Source: Bacteroidota bacterium (GTDB taxonomy: Bacteria; Bacteroidota; Bacteroidia; Chitinophagales; Saprospiraceae). Taken from it: a stretch of 35,924 bases of DNA. Position numbers and translations under genes: made by a program. Within the stretch, counting starts at the first letter, position 1. Each line of letters begins with the position of its first letter. Under the pieces are notes generated by a model that worked only from the letters and a program-made list of their open reading frames with translations, searched no databases and was not told the DNA's origin. The DNA is taken from positions 1 through 35,924 of the forward strand of contig JBEGNB010000360.1 in the NCBI GenBank assembly GCA_041182785.1, written 5' to 3'. Of the stretch, positions 8,601 through 16,527 are shown piece by piece.

Positions 8601-10934
8601 ATGTCTAAAAAGAAAAAACAAGGCGGTAAAAAGCTTACCGCCCGGGAACTGCAGATTGAAATTCTCAGGTTCCTGCTGCAGCGACCAAAGAAACAGTACG
8701 CCCCGCAGCAAATTGTCCACGAACTCCACGTCGAGAATAATAAAGATGCAGCAGAATATGCGCTGCAACAATTGGCCAAACTTGGTTCGGTAACCGAATA
8801 CTCCCTCAACAGATACGGAATTGCACTCGACCGCTTTGTCACCGAAGAGGAAGAGGAGCAGGTAGCAAAACCTGCCGTACAGGAAGAAAGGGCAAGGCCG
8901 GCGACCAGGTCACGCGAAGTCTCGCCACAGGCTCAGTCAAAAAACAGAAAAGTCATAGAAGGAAGGGTGGATATGACCCGTACAGGGGCCGCCTACATTA
9001 TTACCGATCAGATGGACTCCGATGTGTATGTGCCACAAAAACATATAAACGGTGCCATGAACGGCGACACAGTGCAGGTCATGTTGTTCCCGCCCCCGCC
9101 TGCCCGCAGACGCGGTATGCCCGCACGAAAACCGGAAGGAGAGATTCTTCAGGTACTCAAACGCGCCAACGAGATTTTCCTGGGTACCATCAAATTCAGC
9201 AGGAAGTACGCCATGTTCCTGCCCGATAACCCGAATATCCAGACAGATATATATGTACCCCTCGAAGCCTGCGGTGAAGCTGCCGATGGTGACAAGGTGG
9301 TCGTGGCTATCACTGACTGGCAGGAAGGAAAAGGAAGGGTGCCCATCGGAAAAGTAACACAGGTACTCGGAACAATAGGGGGGAACGACTTCGAAATGAA
9401 GAAGATTCTCATCAACTACGGGTTCCCGCTTCAGCATACAGAAGAAGCTGAAGCCGAAGCCGCTCGCATCCCCGATACCATTTCCCCTCAGGAAATTGAA
9501 ATGAGACGCGATTTTCGCGATATCCTCACTTTTACTATTGACCCGGAAGATGCCAAAGACTTCGATGACGCACTCAGTGTGCGCAAACTCGAAAACGGAA
9601 ATCTGGAGGTAGGTGTACACATCGCGGATGTAACGCACTACCTGAAACCCGGATCTCCGATGGACAAGGAAGCATTCGCCAGAAGTACCTCGGTATATCT
9701 CGTGGACCGGTGCAATCCCATGCTCCCCGAAAAACTTTCCAATAACCTGTGCTCGCTGGTCCCGGAACAGGATCGCCTCACTTTCTCTGCGGTATTCGAA
9801 TTTGATTCCAGTGACAAACTGGTGAAACGCTGGTTCGGAAAAACAGTCATCTACAGCGACAAACGCTTCAGCTATGAAGAAGCTCAAACTGTACTCGACA
9901 AAAATCCGGCACCTGAACTGAAAGCGCACCCGCTCTTCGGACAACTGGAAAAAGCTCTTTTTGACCTCAACAGAATAGCTGGTATCATGCGCCGGGAACG
10001 GGAAAAAAATGGTGCCATCGGATTCGAAACTGATGAGGTTCGCTTCCGGCTGGACGAAAACGGTGTACCCGTAGAGGCTTATGTAAAGGAACGGAAAGAG
10101 GCTCACCTCCTCATCGAAGACTTCATGCTGCTGGCCAATAAAGAGGTGGCTCTGTATATGCACCCGCCACTCAAACGGGAAAAAGCAGGAGAAGAACAGG
10201 CGTCAGGCAAGAACGGCGGTGAAATTCCTTTCATCTTCCGCGTACACGACCTGCCCGATATGAGCAAAATAACCGAATTCGCGCGGTTTGCTGCCGAAAT
10301 GGGACACCCCATGAAGGTGGATACACCCAAACAAATTGCTCAGTCTTTCAATAAACTGATGGTCGCCGCAAGAAAGGATGATCGCCTCAAAATCCTCGAA
10401 CCACTGGCTATCAGAACAATGGCCAAGGCGGTTTACTCATCCGACAATATTGGACACTACGGACTCGGGTTCACTCACTACTCGCACTTCACTTCTCCCA
10501 TACGGCGATACTCCGACGTACTGGCCCACAGGATTCTCGAACAAAATCTCAACGGGCGTACTTACCGCGTGGACAAGGCGAAACTCGAAGAACAGTGCAA
10601 ACACATCAGTAATCAGGAGAAAAAAGCCGCCGATGCAGAGCGGGAAAGTATCAAGTACAAACAGGCAGAATTCCTGAAAAAACATGTTGGCGATGTGTTT
10701 GAAGGTATCGTGAGCGGAATCATTGACAGGGGCTTCTTTGTCGAACTCCCCGACTCCAGGGCCGAGGGCCTGGTGGAATTCCGATATCTCGAAGATACAT
10801 ACACCATAGATCCCGGAAACCTGAGCGCTACCGGACGACGATACAAAAAACAAATCAGGATGGGCGACCGGGTGGATGTCAGGGTGGTCAGTGTTGACCT
10901 CAACCGCCGACAGATTGAAATGGATCTTGCATGA
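8601..10934 (+). CDS. rnr: ribonuclease R
   Basis: 777 aa. It has a basic N-terminus with an HTH-like region, cold-shock-like OB folds and an RNB catalytic core (TIDPEDAKDFDDALSV, HIADVTHY, YSHFTSPIRRYSDVLAHR). The C-terminal S1 domain is GDVFEGIVSGIIDRGFFVEL. Confidence 0.95.
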   Translation: MSKKKKQGGKKLTARELQIEILRFLLQRPKKQYAPQQIVHELHVENNKDAAEYALQQLAKLGSVTEYSLNRYGIALDRFVTEEEEEQVAKPAVQEERARPATRSREVSPQAQSKNRKVIEGRVDMTRTGAAYIITDQMDSDVYVPQKHINGAMNGDTVQVMLFPPPPARRRGMPARKPEGEILQVLKRANEIFLGTIKFSRKYAMFLPDNPNIQTDIYVPLEACGEAADGDKVVVAITDWQEGKGRVPIGKVTQVLGTIGGNDFEMKKILINYGFPLQHTEEAEAEAARIPDTISPQEIEMRRDFRDILTFTIDPEDAKDFDDALSVRKLENGNLEVGVHIADVTHYLKPGSPMDKEAFARSTSVYLVDRCNPMLPEKLSNNLCSLVPEQDRLTFSAVFEFDSSDKLVKRWFGKTVIYSDKRFSYEEAQTVLDKNPAPELKAHPLFGQLEKALFDLNRIAGIMRREREKNGAIGFETDEVRFRLDENGVPVEAYVKERKEAHLLIEDFMLLANKEVALYMHPPLKREKAGEEQASGKNGGEIPFIFRVHDLPDMSKITEFARFAAEMGHPMKVDTPKQIAQSFNKLMVAARKDDRLKILEPLAIRTMAKAVYSSDNIGHYGLGFTHYSHFTSPIRRYSDVLAHRILEQNLNGRTYRVDKAKLEEQCKHISNQEKKAADAERESIKYKQAEFLKKHVGDVFEGIVSGIIDRGFFVELPDSRAEGLVEFRYLEDTYTIDPGNLSATGRRYKKQIRMGDRVDVRVVSVDLNRRQIEMDLA

Positions 10935-10980
10935 TAAATGCCTTTTTTCGTTTCTTTGACCCTGACTATAAACGCCTGAT

Positions 10981-13356
10981 GTGAAAATATCCCGTCTGAT
11001 CGTCTTCGCCGTACTGCTGTCGGCCCTAACCCCCTGTCTGGCCCAGGAACAGGAGGAAATCGAACGCACTACTGAAGAGGTGGAAACGCTGCTCCGACGA
11101 GCCGCTGCCTCCGCCAGCGATTCAGAAATTGAACAACTCGCCGGAAGGAGCCTGTCCATGGCACGCAGTGTCAGGTACGATGGAGGCATCATCCGCGCCT
11201 GTATCCGCCTTGCCGAACTTTTTGCCCGGCAAGGCAGAACATCCGAAGCGCTCCAGTATTACCTGGAAGCAGAAGCCAAACTGGAAACGAAAGGCAACAA
11301 GGAAACCCTCACCGCTGTGCGGATGGCTCTCGGCGATCTTTTCTTTCGGGAAAAAATGTACGGGTCTGCGAGAAGATACTATGATCAGGTACTTAAATCA
11401 ACGCCCGATAACCCGGAAATACTGGAAAAGGCCGCCGATGCCAGCCTGAATAATCTGCAATTCGAAAGCGCCGACAGTATTTACCAGCAACTGATCGCAG
11501 GATGCAGGGAATCATACAATCTTCCCTGTCAGACCAGAATTTATCAGAAACAAGCCGCCGCCTACGACCAGAACGGAAATTCAGGTAAAAGTCTTTACTT
11601 CTACCTGCGTATCAAGGACATCATTGAGCGATCAGGTACCACTATCGAACAATCGCTGCTTTACAATAACCTGGGCCGCCAATACGCAACGCTGCGCGAT
11701 TATGAAACAGCACTCGAATATTTCAGAAAAGCAGAATTGCAGTGTAAATTCATTGACTGCGACTATAACGAGATCCTGTTCGCCAATATCGGTATCGCAT
11801 TACACAACACCGGACAAACCAGAGAGGGTATTGAATATCTGCTGAAAGCCAGGGATATCCTGGTCGCCAGAAAGGACTTCGCTGCCATGGCGAATCTCGA
11901 ACACCTGCTCGCAACGGTGTATCTCAATAACGGTGATTTTTATAACGCCCTGTCACATAATAACCTGGCTGTCAGATATGCACAGGATACCCGACAGCAA
12001 CGTGTTCTGGCCGAGGCATACAGAACGGCAGCCGATCTCTATCACGAACTGTATGAGTTCGAAAAGGCTTTCGACAACTACAAGGCATATCTGAATATTC
12101 TCGATGCAGTCAGGACGGAAGAACAAGCCCGCGAAATGCAGCTCAGCCAGCAGCGAGCCCTGCTCTCCGAAGCCGAAGGACAAATCAAATTTCTGATTGC
12201 CCGGCAAAATTTCAAGGATCTGGAGTTGTCGCAACTACAGTTCGAAAGTGAAAAATTGTCGCTGCTCAATAAAAATCTGGAACTCGAAACCCGCGAAAAG
12301 GAAAATCAGCTTCAACTGCTGGCTGCTCAGAAAGATGCCGACCAGGCCAAGCTCCGGCAGCAAAGTCTGGAAGTACTGCGCTCCAGACAGGAATCAAAAC
12401 TGGCGGCCCAGCAGCTGGCAGCTGAAAAGCAAACCCGCCTGATTGCTGAACTCAGACAAAAAGAAACGATCGAACGGGCACAGAATATGGCCGACAGTAC
12501 GCGCCGGGCACAAGAACTCTACCGCGTACAGCAGGTACAGGAATATGAGCGACAGAAAGAGGCCAGCTTCCGGGCTTTCGTAACCGGGCTGGGCGCTCTC
12601 GGTGCCATCATCGTCGCACTCCTGCTCGTAGGATGGTGGCTGTCGCGACAAACCGGTCAGCGATTGAAAAACCAGAACCGGCAGATTCAGGAACAAAACA
12701 GGGAAATCGAAGAGGAAAGGCACAAAAGCGAAGGCCTGCTACTCAATATCCTGCCCGAGGAAATAGCCCGGGAGCTCAAGGAAAACGGACAGGCACGCCC
12801 CAAACTGTACCAGTCGGTTACTGTGCTGTTCACCGACTTTATCAATTTTACCCGGCTCTCCACACAACTGACGCCTGGTCAAATTATTGACGAGCTGAAT
12901 GAATGTTTTCTCGCTTTTGATGAAATATGCGAACGCCACAGGCTCGAAAAGATAAAAACTATCGGCGACGCGTACATGTGCGCGGGCGGGCTGCCCGTTA
13001 TCAACGACACGCACCCGACAGATGCCGTCAGGGCCGCTTTTGAAATGATTGACTGGCTCGAAAACAGGAATCGCCAAAACCCCAATGCACTGCTCCGGCA
13101 AATGCGCATCGGTATTCATACCGGCCAGGTGGTTGCAGGCGTTATCGGCAAAAACAAATTCGCCTACGATATCTGGGGAGATGCCGTCAATCTTGCCGCC
13201 CGACTGGAAGAACACGGTGAACATGGCAAAGTGAATGTTTCGGCCACCACTGCCGAGGCTGTCAGTCACCTGTACCGCGTAGAAAACCGGGGGGCATTTT
13301 CTGTGCATAACAAAGGTGACGTAGAGATGTTTTTTGTGTTCAACAGGGATAAATAG
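10981..13356 (+). CDS. membrane-bound class III adenylate cyclase with N-terminal TPR and coiled-coil sensor region
   Basis: A GTG start gives the signal peptide (V/M)KISRLIVFAVLLSALTPCLAQ. Next come about 350 aa of TPR-like repeats, a Q/E/L-rich coiled coil, and one TM helix (FVTGLGALGAIIVALLLVGWWL). The cyclase domain follows, with metal Asp residues (VLFTDF, IGDAYM), a substrate Lys (IKTIGD) and Asp (YDIWGD) that specify adenine, and the catalytic N/R (VNLAARLE). Confidence 0.85.
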   Translation: MKISRLIVFAVLLSALTPCLAQEQEEIERTTEEVETLLRRAAASASDSEIEQLAGRSLSMARSVRYDGGIIRACIRLAELFARQGRTSEALQYYLEAEAKLETKGNKETLTAVRMALGDLFFREKMYGSARRYYDQVLKSTPDNPEILEKAADASLNNLQFESADSIYQQLIAGCRESYNLPCQTRIYQKQAAAYDQNGNSGKSLYFYLRIKDIIERSGTTIEQSLLYNNLGRQYATLRDYETALEYFRKAELQCKFIDCDYNEILFANIGIALHNTGQTREGIEYLLKARDILVARKDFAAMANLEHLLATVYLNNGDFYNALSHNNLAVRYAQDTRQQRVLAEAYRTAADLYHELYEFEKAFDNYKAYLNILDAVRTEEQAREMQLSQQRALLSEAEGQIKFLIARQNFKDLELSQLQFESEKLSLLNKNLELETREKENQLQLLAAQKDADQAKLRQQSLEVLRSRQESKLAAQQLAAEKQTRLIAELRQKETIERAQNMADSTRRAQELYRVQQVQEYERQKEASFRAFVTGLGALGAIIVALLLVGWWLSRQTGQRLKNQNRQIQEQNREIEEERHKSEGLLLNILPEEIARELKENGQARPKLYQSVTVLFTDFINFTRLSTQLTPGQIIDELNECFLAFDEICERHRLEKIKTIGDAYMCAGGLPVINDTHPTDAVRAAFEMIDWLENRNRQNPNALLRQMRIGIHTGQVVAGVIGKNKFAYDIWGDAVNLAARLEEHGEHGKVNVSATTAEAVSHLYRVENRGAFSVHNKGDVEMFFVFNRDK

Positions 13357-13357
13357 C

Positions 13358-14530
13358 ATGAAAACTTATCGGATATCGCGCACTTACGCCGCCATAATCC
13401 TCGTGGGAGCACCACTGCTGATAGCCATGTTCGGCTGGATGCTCATTCAGCCGCTCCTGCCCGGCCCTCTCGACCCGTTTCTCGCAGAAACATACTGGCT
13501 CTTCGGACCGATGGCAGCAGTACTGGTACTGACGGGTGTGGCTGGTATTATAGATGTGTTCAACGGCCGTTTTGTCATTGAAGAAGACAGGGTATATGCA
13601 GTCAGTGTCATCTTTCGCCGGGAACTGCTGTTCGATGAAATTCTGGGTTTCACCGTTGATGACCGCTATATCACCATCAAACCTGTAAATCGAAACAGGA
13701 AAAAAATAAAAATCAGTCTGTCCTACGCCGACAGTCACGAGATTGTTCAGTGGCTGGCTGATCGCTACCCGGACCTGGACCTGGAAAGTGCCGCACAGGA
13801 AGACGACGATATTATCAGTTTCAGTTCGGGATGGTCGCAGGAAGAACGGGAAACCAGACTCGGAAAAGCCGTACAGGTGGTCCGGGTACTGAATATCACC
13901 GCCATACTGTCAGCAATATGGTACTTTTTCGTTCCGGTTATGCAAGTATTGGCACTGACAGGGGTCATACTCACTCCACTGGCAGTCGTGGCGGCAGTAA
14001 AATGGTCGGGCGGCCTGATTCGCTATAACGAAAGAAAATACAGTGTTCTTCCTCACGTATTTTTCGCGCTGCTTTTCCCCTGTATGAGCATATGCCTGCG
14101 CTCGATTCTTGACTACGAACTGATCGAATATGGCAGCGCCTGGCGTGTAGCATTGCCAGTATTGGGTGTACTGCTGATCGTCGTTTTCTCCGGCAGATCC
14201 GGATTCCGGTTCAGCAAGCCCGTCCATTATGTGGAAGCCGCTGTCATCGCAGCTTTTTTTCTGGCATACAGCTATGGTACGGTCACTGCCCTGAATGCAG
14301 CTCTAGACCGGTCAGCACCGGTGGAGTACCGGGCTGTTGTGACAGGGAAACGTATCAGTAGCGGAAAAACCACCTCGTATTACCTCGAACTTTCACCCTG
14401 GGGGCCCCGTACAGAAAAAAAGGAAATTTTTGTTTCATCCGATCAGTACGAGGAGTATGGTGAAGGGGAAGAACTGACTGTTTCAACCCAAAACGGGTTT
14501 TTCGGTATCCAGTGGTTCTATGTGGATTAA
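13358..14530 (+). CDS. polytopic membrane protein with N-terminal 2TM + bacterial-PH-like (YdbS/bPH_2-type) module; function unknown
   Basis: The ATG at 13358 is 1 nt after the cyclase TAG. Two N-terminal hydrophobic helices are followed by NGRFVIEEDRVYAVSVIFRRELLFDEILGFTVDDRYITIKP...EIVQWLADRY, a strand-rich block ending in a helix as in bPH domains. Then come about five more hydrophobic helices and an approximately 70-aa soluble C-terminus. The bPH call is pattern-based only. Confidence 0.55.
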   Translation: MKTYRISRTYAAIILVGAPLLIAMFGWMLIQPLLPGPLDPFLAETYWLFGPMAAVLVLTGVAGIIDVFNGRFVIEEDRVYAVSVIFRRELLFDEILGFTVDDRYITIKPVNRNRKKIKISLSYADSHEIVQWLADRYPDLDLESAAQEDDDIISFSSGWSQEERETRLGKAVQVVRVLNITAILSAIWYFFVPVMQVLALTGVILTPLAVVAAVKWSGGLIRYNERKYSVLPHVFFALLFPCMSICLRSILDYELIEYGSAWRVALPVLGVLLIVVFSGRSGFRFSKPVHYVEAAVIAAFFLAYSYGTVTALNAALDRSAPVEYRAVVTGKRISSGKTTSYYLELSPWGPRTEKKEIFVSSDQYEEYGEGEELTVSTQNGFFGIQWFYVD

Positions 14531-14635
14531 GAACGACCTCCTGACGAGCATCATTTGGAATTATAACCACCGTCATAAGGCAGCAGTTGTTTCACCTGCA
14601 ATTTTGCAGTGCGAATCACCAAACTGCACTGCTCT

Positions 14636-15499
14636 ATGAAAAAAATACTTGTCCCCGTTGATTTCTCCGATAACGCCGAAAACGCCCTTTTTGTAGCCGC
14701 CGAAGTAGCCCGCAAAAGCGGCGCCGTACTCGAATTGCTCCATGTGAATGTGGCTTCCGTGTATGCTGCGCCCCTGTCGGAGTTCTCCCCCGCATCCGGC
14801 TACACCATTGAAGACAATAACTACGACGAAACCGCGGGTGCCGGACTCGAACGCATCAAGACGGAGTTGCTGGGCAATCCCGAGTACGCCGGGCTGGAAA
14901 TCCAGACCAGGGTTGGCGACGGCTACCTGCACAGTACCATCAAAAACGTTGCTGAAGAAGACGGCGTTGATCTGGTCGTCATGGGAACCAGGGGAGCCTC
15001 CGGACTGAACGAGTTTCTGCTGGGCTCCAATACGGAGAAAGTTATCCGTACCGCCCCTTGCCCGGTGCTTGCTGTACCTGCGGGCGCAGAAAAATTCAGA
15101 CCCAAAACGGTGTTGCTGCCTACTACACTGAAAGACGACCAGCTCACTACATTCCGCTTTCTGGCAGAATGGCAGAAGATCTTCGGATTCACCGTGCAGA
15201 TACTGTACATGAATAACCCGTCGGCGCTGGAAACAGACTCCTCAGCAGAAGATCTGAAAAATGCACTGGCCCAAAAGGCTGGTCTCAATGCATCCGAAGC
15301 AATCATTACTACAGAATCCTTCTTTGAGGATACTACCATACTCGGATTCTCGGATCAGGTAAAAGCTGATCTGATTGTGATGGCCACGCATCAGCGGAAG
15401 GGTATATCCCATGTCGTATTTGGCAGCATCACAGAAGATACCGTCAACCACTCACATGTTCCTGTACTCGCTGTTCCTGTAAACTGGAGTATTGCGTAA
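14636..15499 (+). CDS. universal stress protein, tandem Usp domains
   Basis: The ATG at 14636 gives MKKILVPVDFSDNAENAL. There are two Usp modules, each with an ATP-type G-x2-G-x9-G(S/T) motif (VMGTRGASGLNEFLLGSNTEKV and VMATHQRKGISHVVFGSITEDTV). Confidence 0.85.
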   Translation: MKKILVPVDFSDNAENALFVAAEVARKSGAVLELLHVNVASVYAAPLSEFSPASGYTIEDNNYDETAGAGLERIKTELLGNPEYAGLEIQTRVGDGYLHSTIKNVAEEDGVDLVVMGTRGASGLNEFLLGSNTEKVIRTAPCPVLAVPAGAEKFRPKTVLLPTTLKDDQLTTFRFLAEWQKIFGFTVQILYMNNPSALETDSSAEDLKNALAQKAGLNASEAIITTESFFEDTTILGFSDQVKADLIVMATHQRKGISHVVFGSITEDTVNHSHVPVLAVPVNWSIA

Positions 15500-15601
15500 C
15501 GTGGCAGATGTTTTATGTTAACCGGATGACCTGTGGCTTATCAGCCTGAAAGCGACTTTTCGATAGGCTGGTACATACACGAAACATCCTTTTCATTCGA
15601 T

Positions 15602-15656
15602 ATAAAGCAGGGGCCGTCTCACAACTTCAGTGTGTGTGAGACGGCCTCTGCTTTAT
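15602..15656. repeat. long near-perfect inverted repeat (22-bp stem, 11-nt loop), hairpin without U-tract
   Basis: ATAAAGCAGGGGCCGTCTCACA (15602-15623) pairs with TGTGAGACGGCCTCTGCTTTAT (15635-15656); the only imperfection is one G-T (G-U) pair. There is no T-run on either side. It lies 100 nt downstream of the USP stop. Confidence 0.7.
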
Positions 15657-15661
15657 CCGTG

Positions 15662-15678
15662 TGTGTTTGATAAACACA
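15662..15678. promoter_or_regulatory. 17-bp perfect palindrome TGTGTTTGATAAACACA, candidate operator
   Basis: TGTGTTT (15662-15668), GAT, then AAACACA (15672-15678). It lies 97 nt upstream of the GLPGLI gene ATG. The function is a guess. Confidence 0.2.
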
Positions 15679-15774
15679 AATTTTACTTATGTGTTTTTTT
15701 TGAATTTAAAAAATAAAAATCAGTACCTTTGCCAAACAATATATTATTTATTTTCAAATCTAAAACTCAATACC

Positions 15775-16527
15775 ATGAAAATCTGCTTTATTCCCGTAAT
15801 TCTGCTGTACCTCCTGACGCCGTTGGCTGCCCAGTCCGATATTTCCAGGCCCATCGGGTATGCCGCATACCTGCGGTCGGTTTCTCTTTCCGGTGAAACT
15901 GATAAAAATGGCACCTGCATCCTGCTTTTCAACACCTCCGGCTCGCTGTTTATTCACAGCGAGGTTGTACGACCCGATTCCACCTACAGCAACCCGGAAT
16001 ACGTTTTCCCGGTAACCATCCGGGGCGACAAACAGGGATTTCCTGTCTATAAATCGCACAAAGACAACACAATACTTTACAAAACTCCATGCCGTCAAAG
16101 TCCATCGGACAACTGTATTGTCAAGGACACTCTGGGCAGTATTGACTGGGCACTTCAACCCGGCGAGCATAAAAGATTCGGTACATATGCGTGCGAGAAA
16201 GCAGTGGGTACCTTCCGGGGCCGAACTTACGAGGTCTGGTACGCCCCGGATATCCCTGTACCCTCCGGCCCATTCAAACTGGGCGGTCTGCCCGGCCTCA
16301 TCCTCGAAGCCAAATCAACCGATGGAAAAGTACAGTTTCTCTTCAAGGAACTGGTTCTGTCAAAAAATATCAACTCGTCCATTATACCTCCTGACGGGTT
16401 TGCCACGGGACTTGATTACGGCACATTCAGAGAAGAAAAAGAAGCGTTCGACAAGAATCTGATCAAATCATCCCAGGCACAGGGAATCCAGCTCAGAATC
16501 AGTTCTCTCGAAATGATTGAACAATGA
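15775..16527 (+). CDS. GLPGLI family protein (function unknown)
   Basis: The ATG at 15775 gives the signal peptide MKICFIPVILLYLLTPLAAQ. It contains the family-naming motif in FKLGGLPGLILEAKSTDGKVQF. Size is about 250 aa, as in the family. Confidence 0.8.
   Translation: MKICFIPVILLYLLTPLAAQSDISRPIGYAAYLRSVSLSGETDKNGTCILLFNTSGSLFIHSEVVRPDSTYSNPEYVFPVTIRGDKQGFPVYKSHKDNTILYKTPCRQSPSDNCIVKDTLGSIDWALQPGEHKRFGTYACEKAVGTFRGRTYEVWYAPDIPVPSGPFKLGGLPGLILEAKSTDGKVQFLFKELVLSKNINSSIIPPDGFATGLDYGTFREEKEAFDKNLIKSSQAQGIQLRISSLEMIEQ

Noticed and set aside
8937-10163. 408-aa ORF antisense to rnr
   Set aside because: It is a shadow ORF inside the RNase R gene. There are no recognisable motifs, and the sense strand has unmistakable RNB/S1 motifs.
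10437-11192. 251-aa minus-strand ORF bridging the rnr 3' end and the cyclase 5' end
   Set aside because: It overlaps two confidently called plus-strand genes. It has low-complexity Ser/Arg-rich sequence and is not credible.
12100-12560. Repetitive-looking Q/E/L/A-rich stretch in the cyclase gene
   Set aside because: It reads as a heptad-like coiled coil in the protein, not as a DNA tandem repeat. I found no exact nucleotide repeat units.
10981-14530. Cyclase plus membrane protein as a Pycsar/CBASS-like anti-phage module
   Set aside because: The cyclase has the Lys/Asp adenine-specifying pair and a large TPR sensor typical of housekeeping signalling cyclases. The partner lacks any recognisable cyclic-nucleotide-binding domain. 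There are no other defence-island features (no mobile genes or nucleases) nearby.
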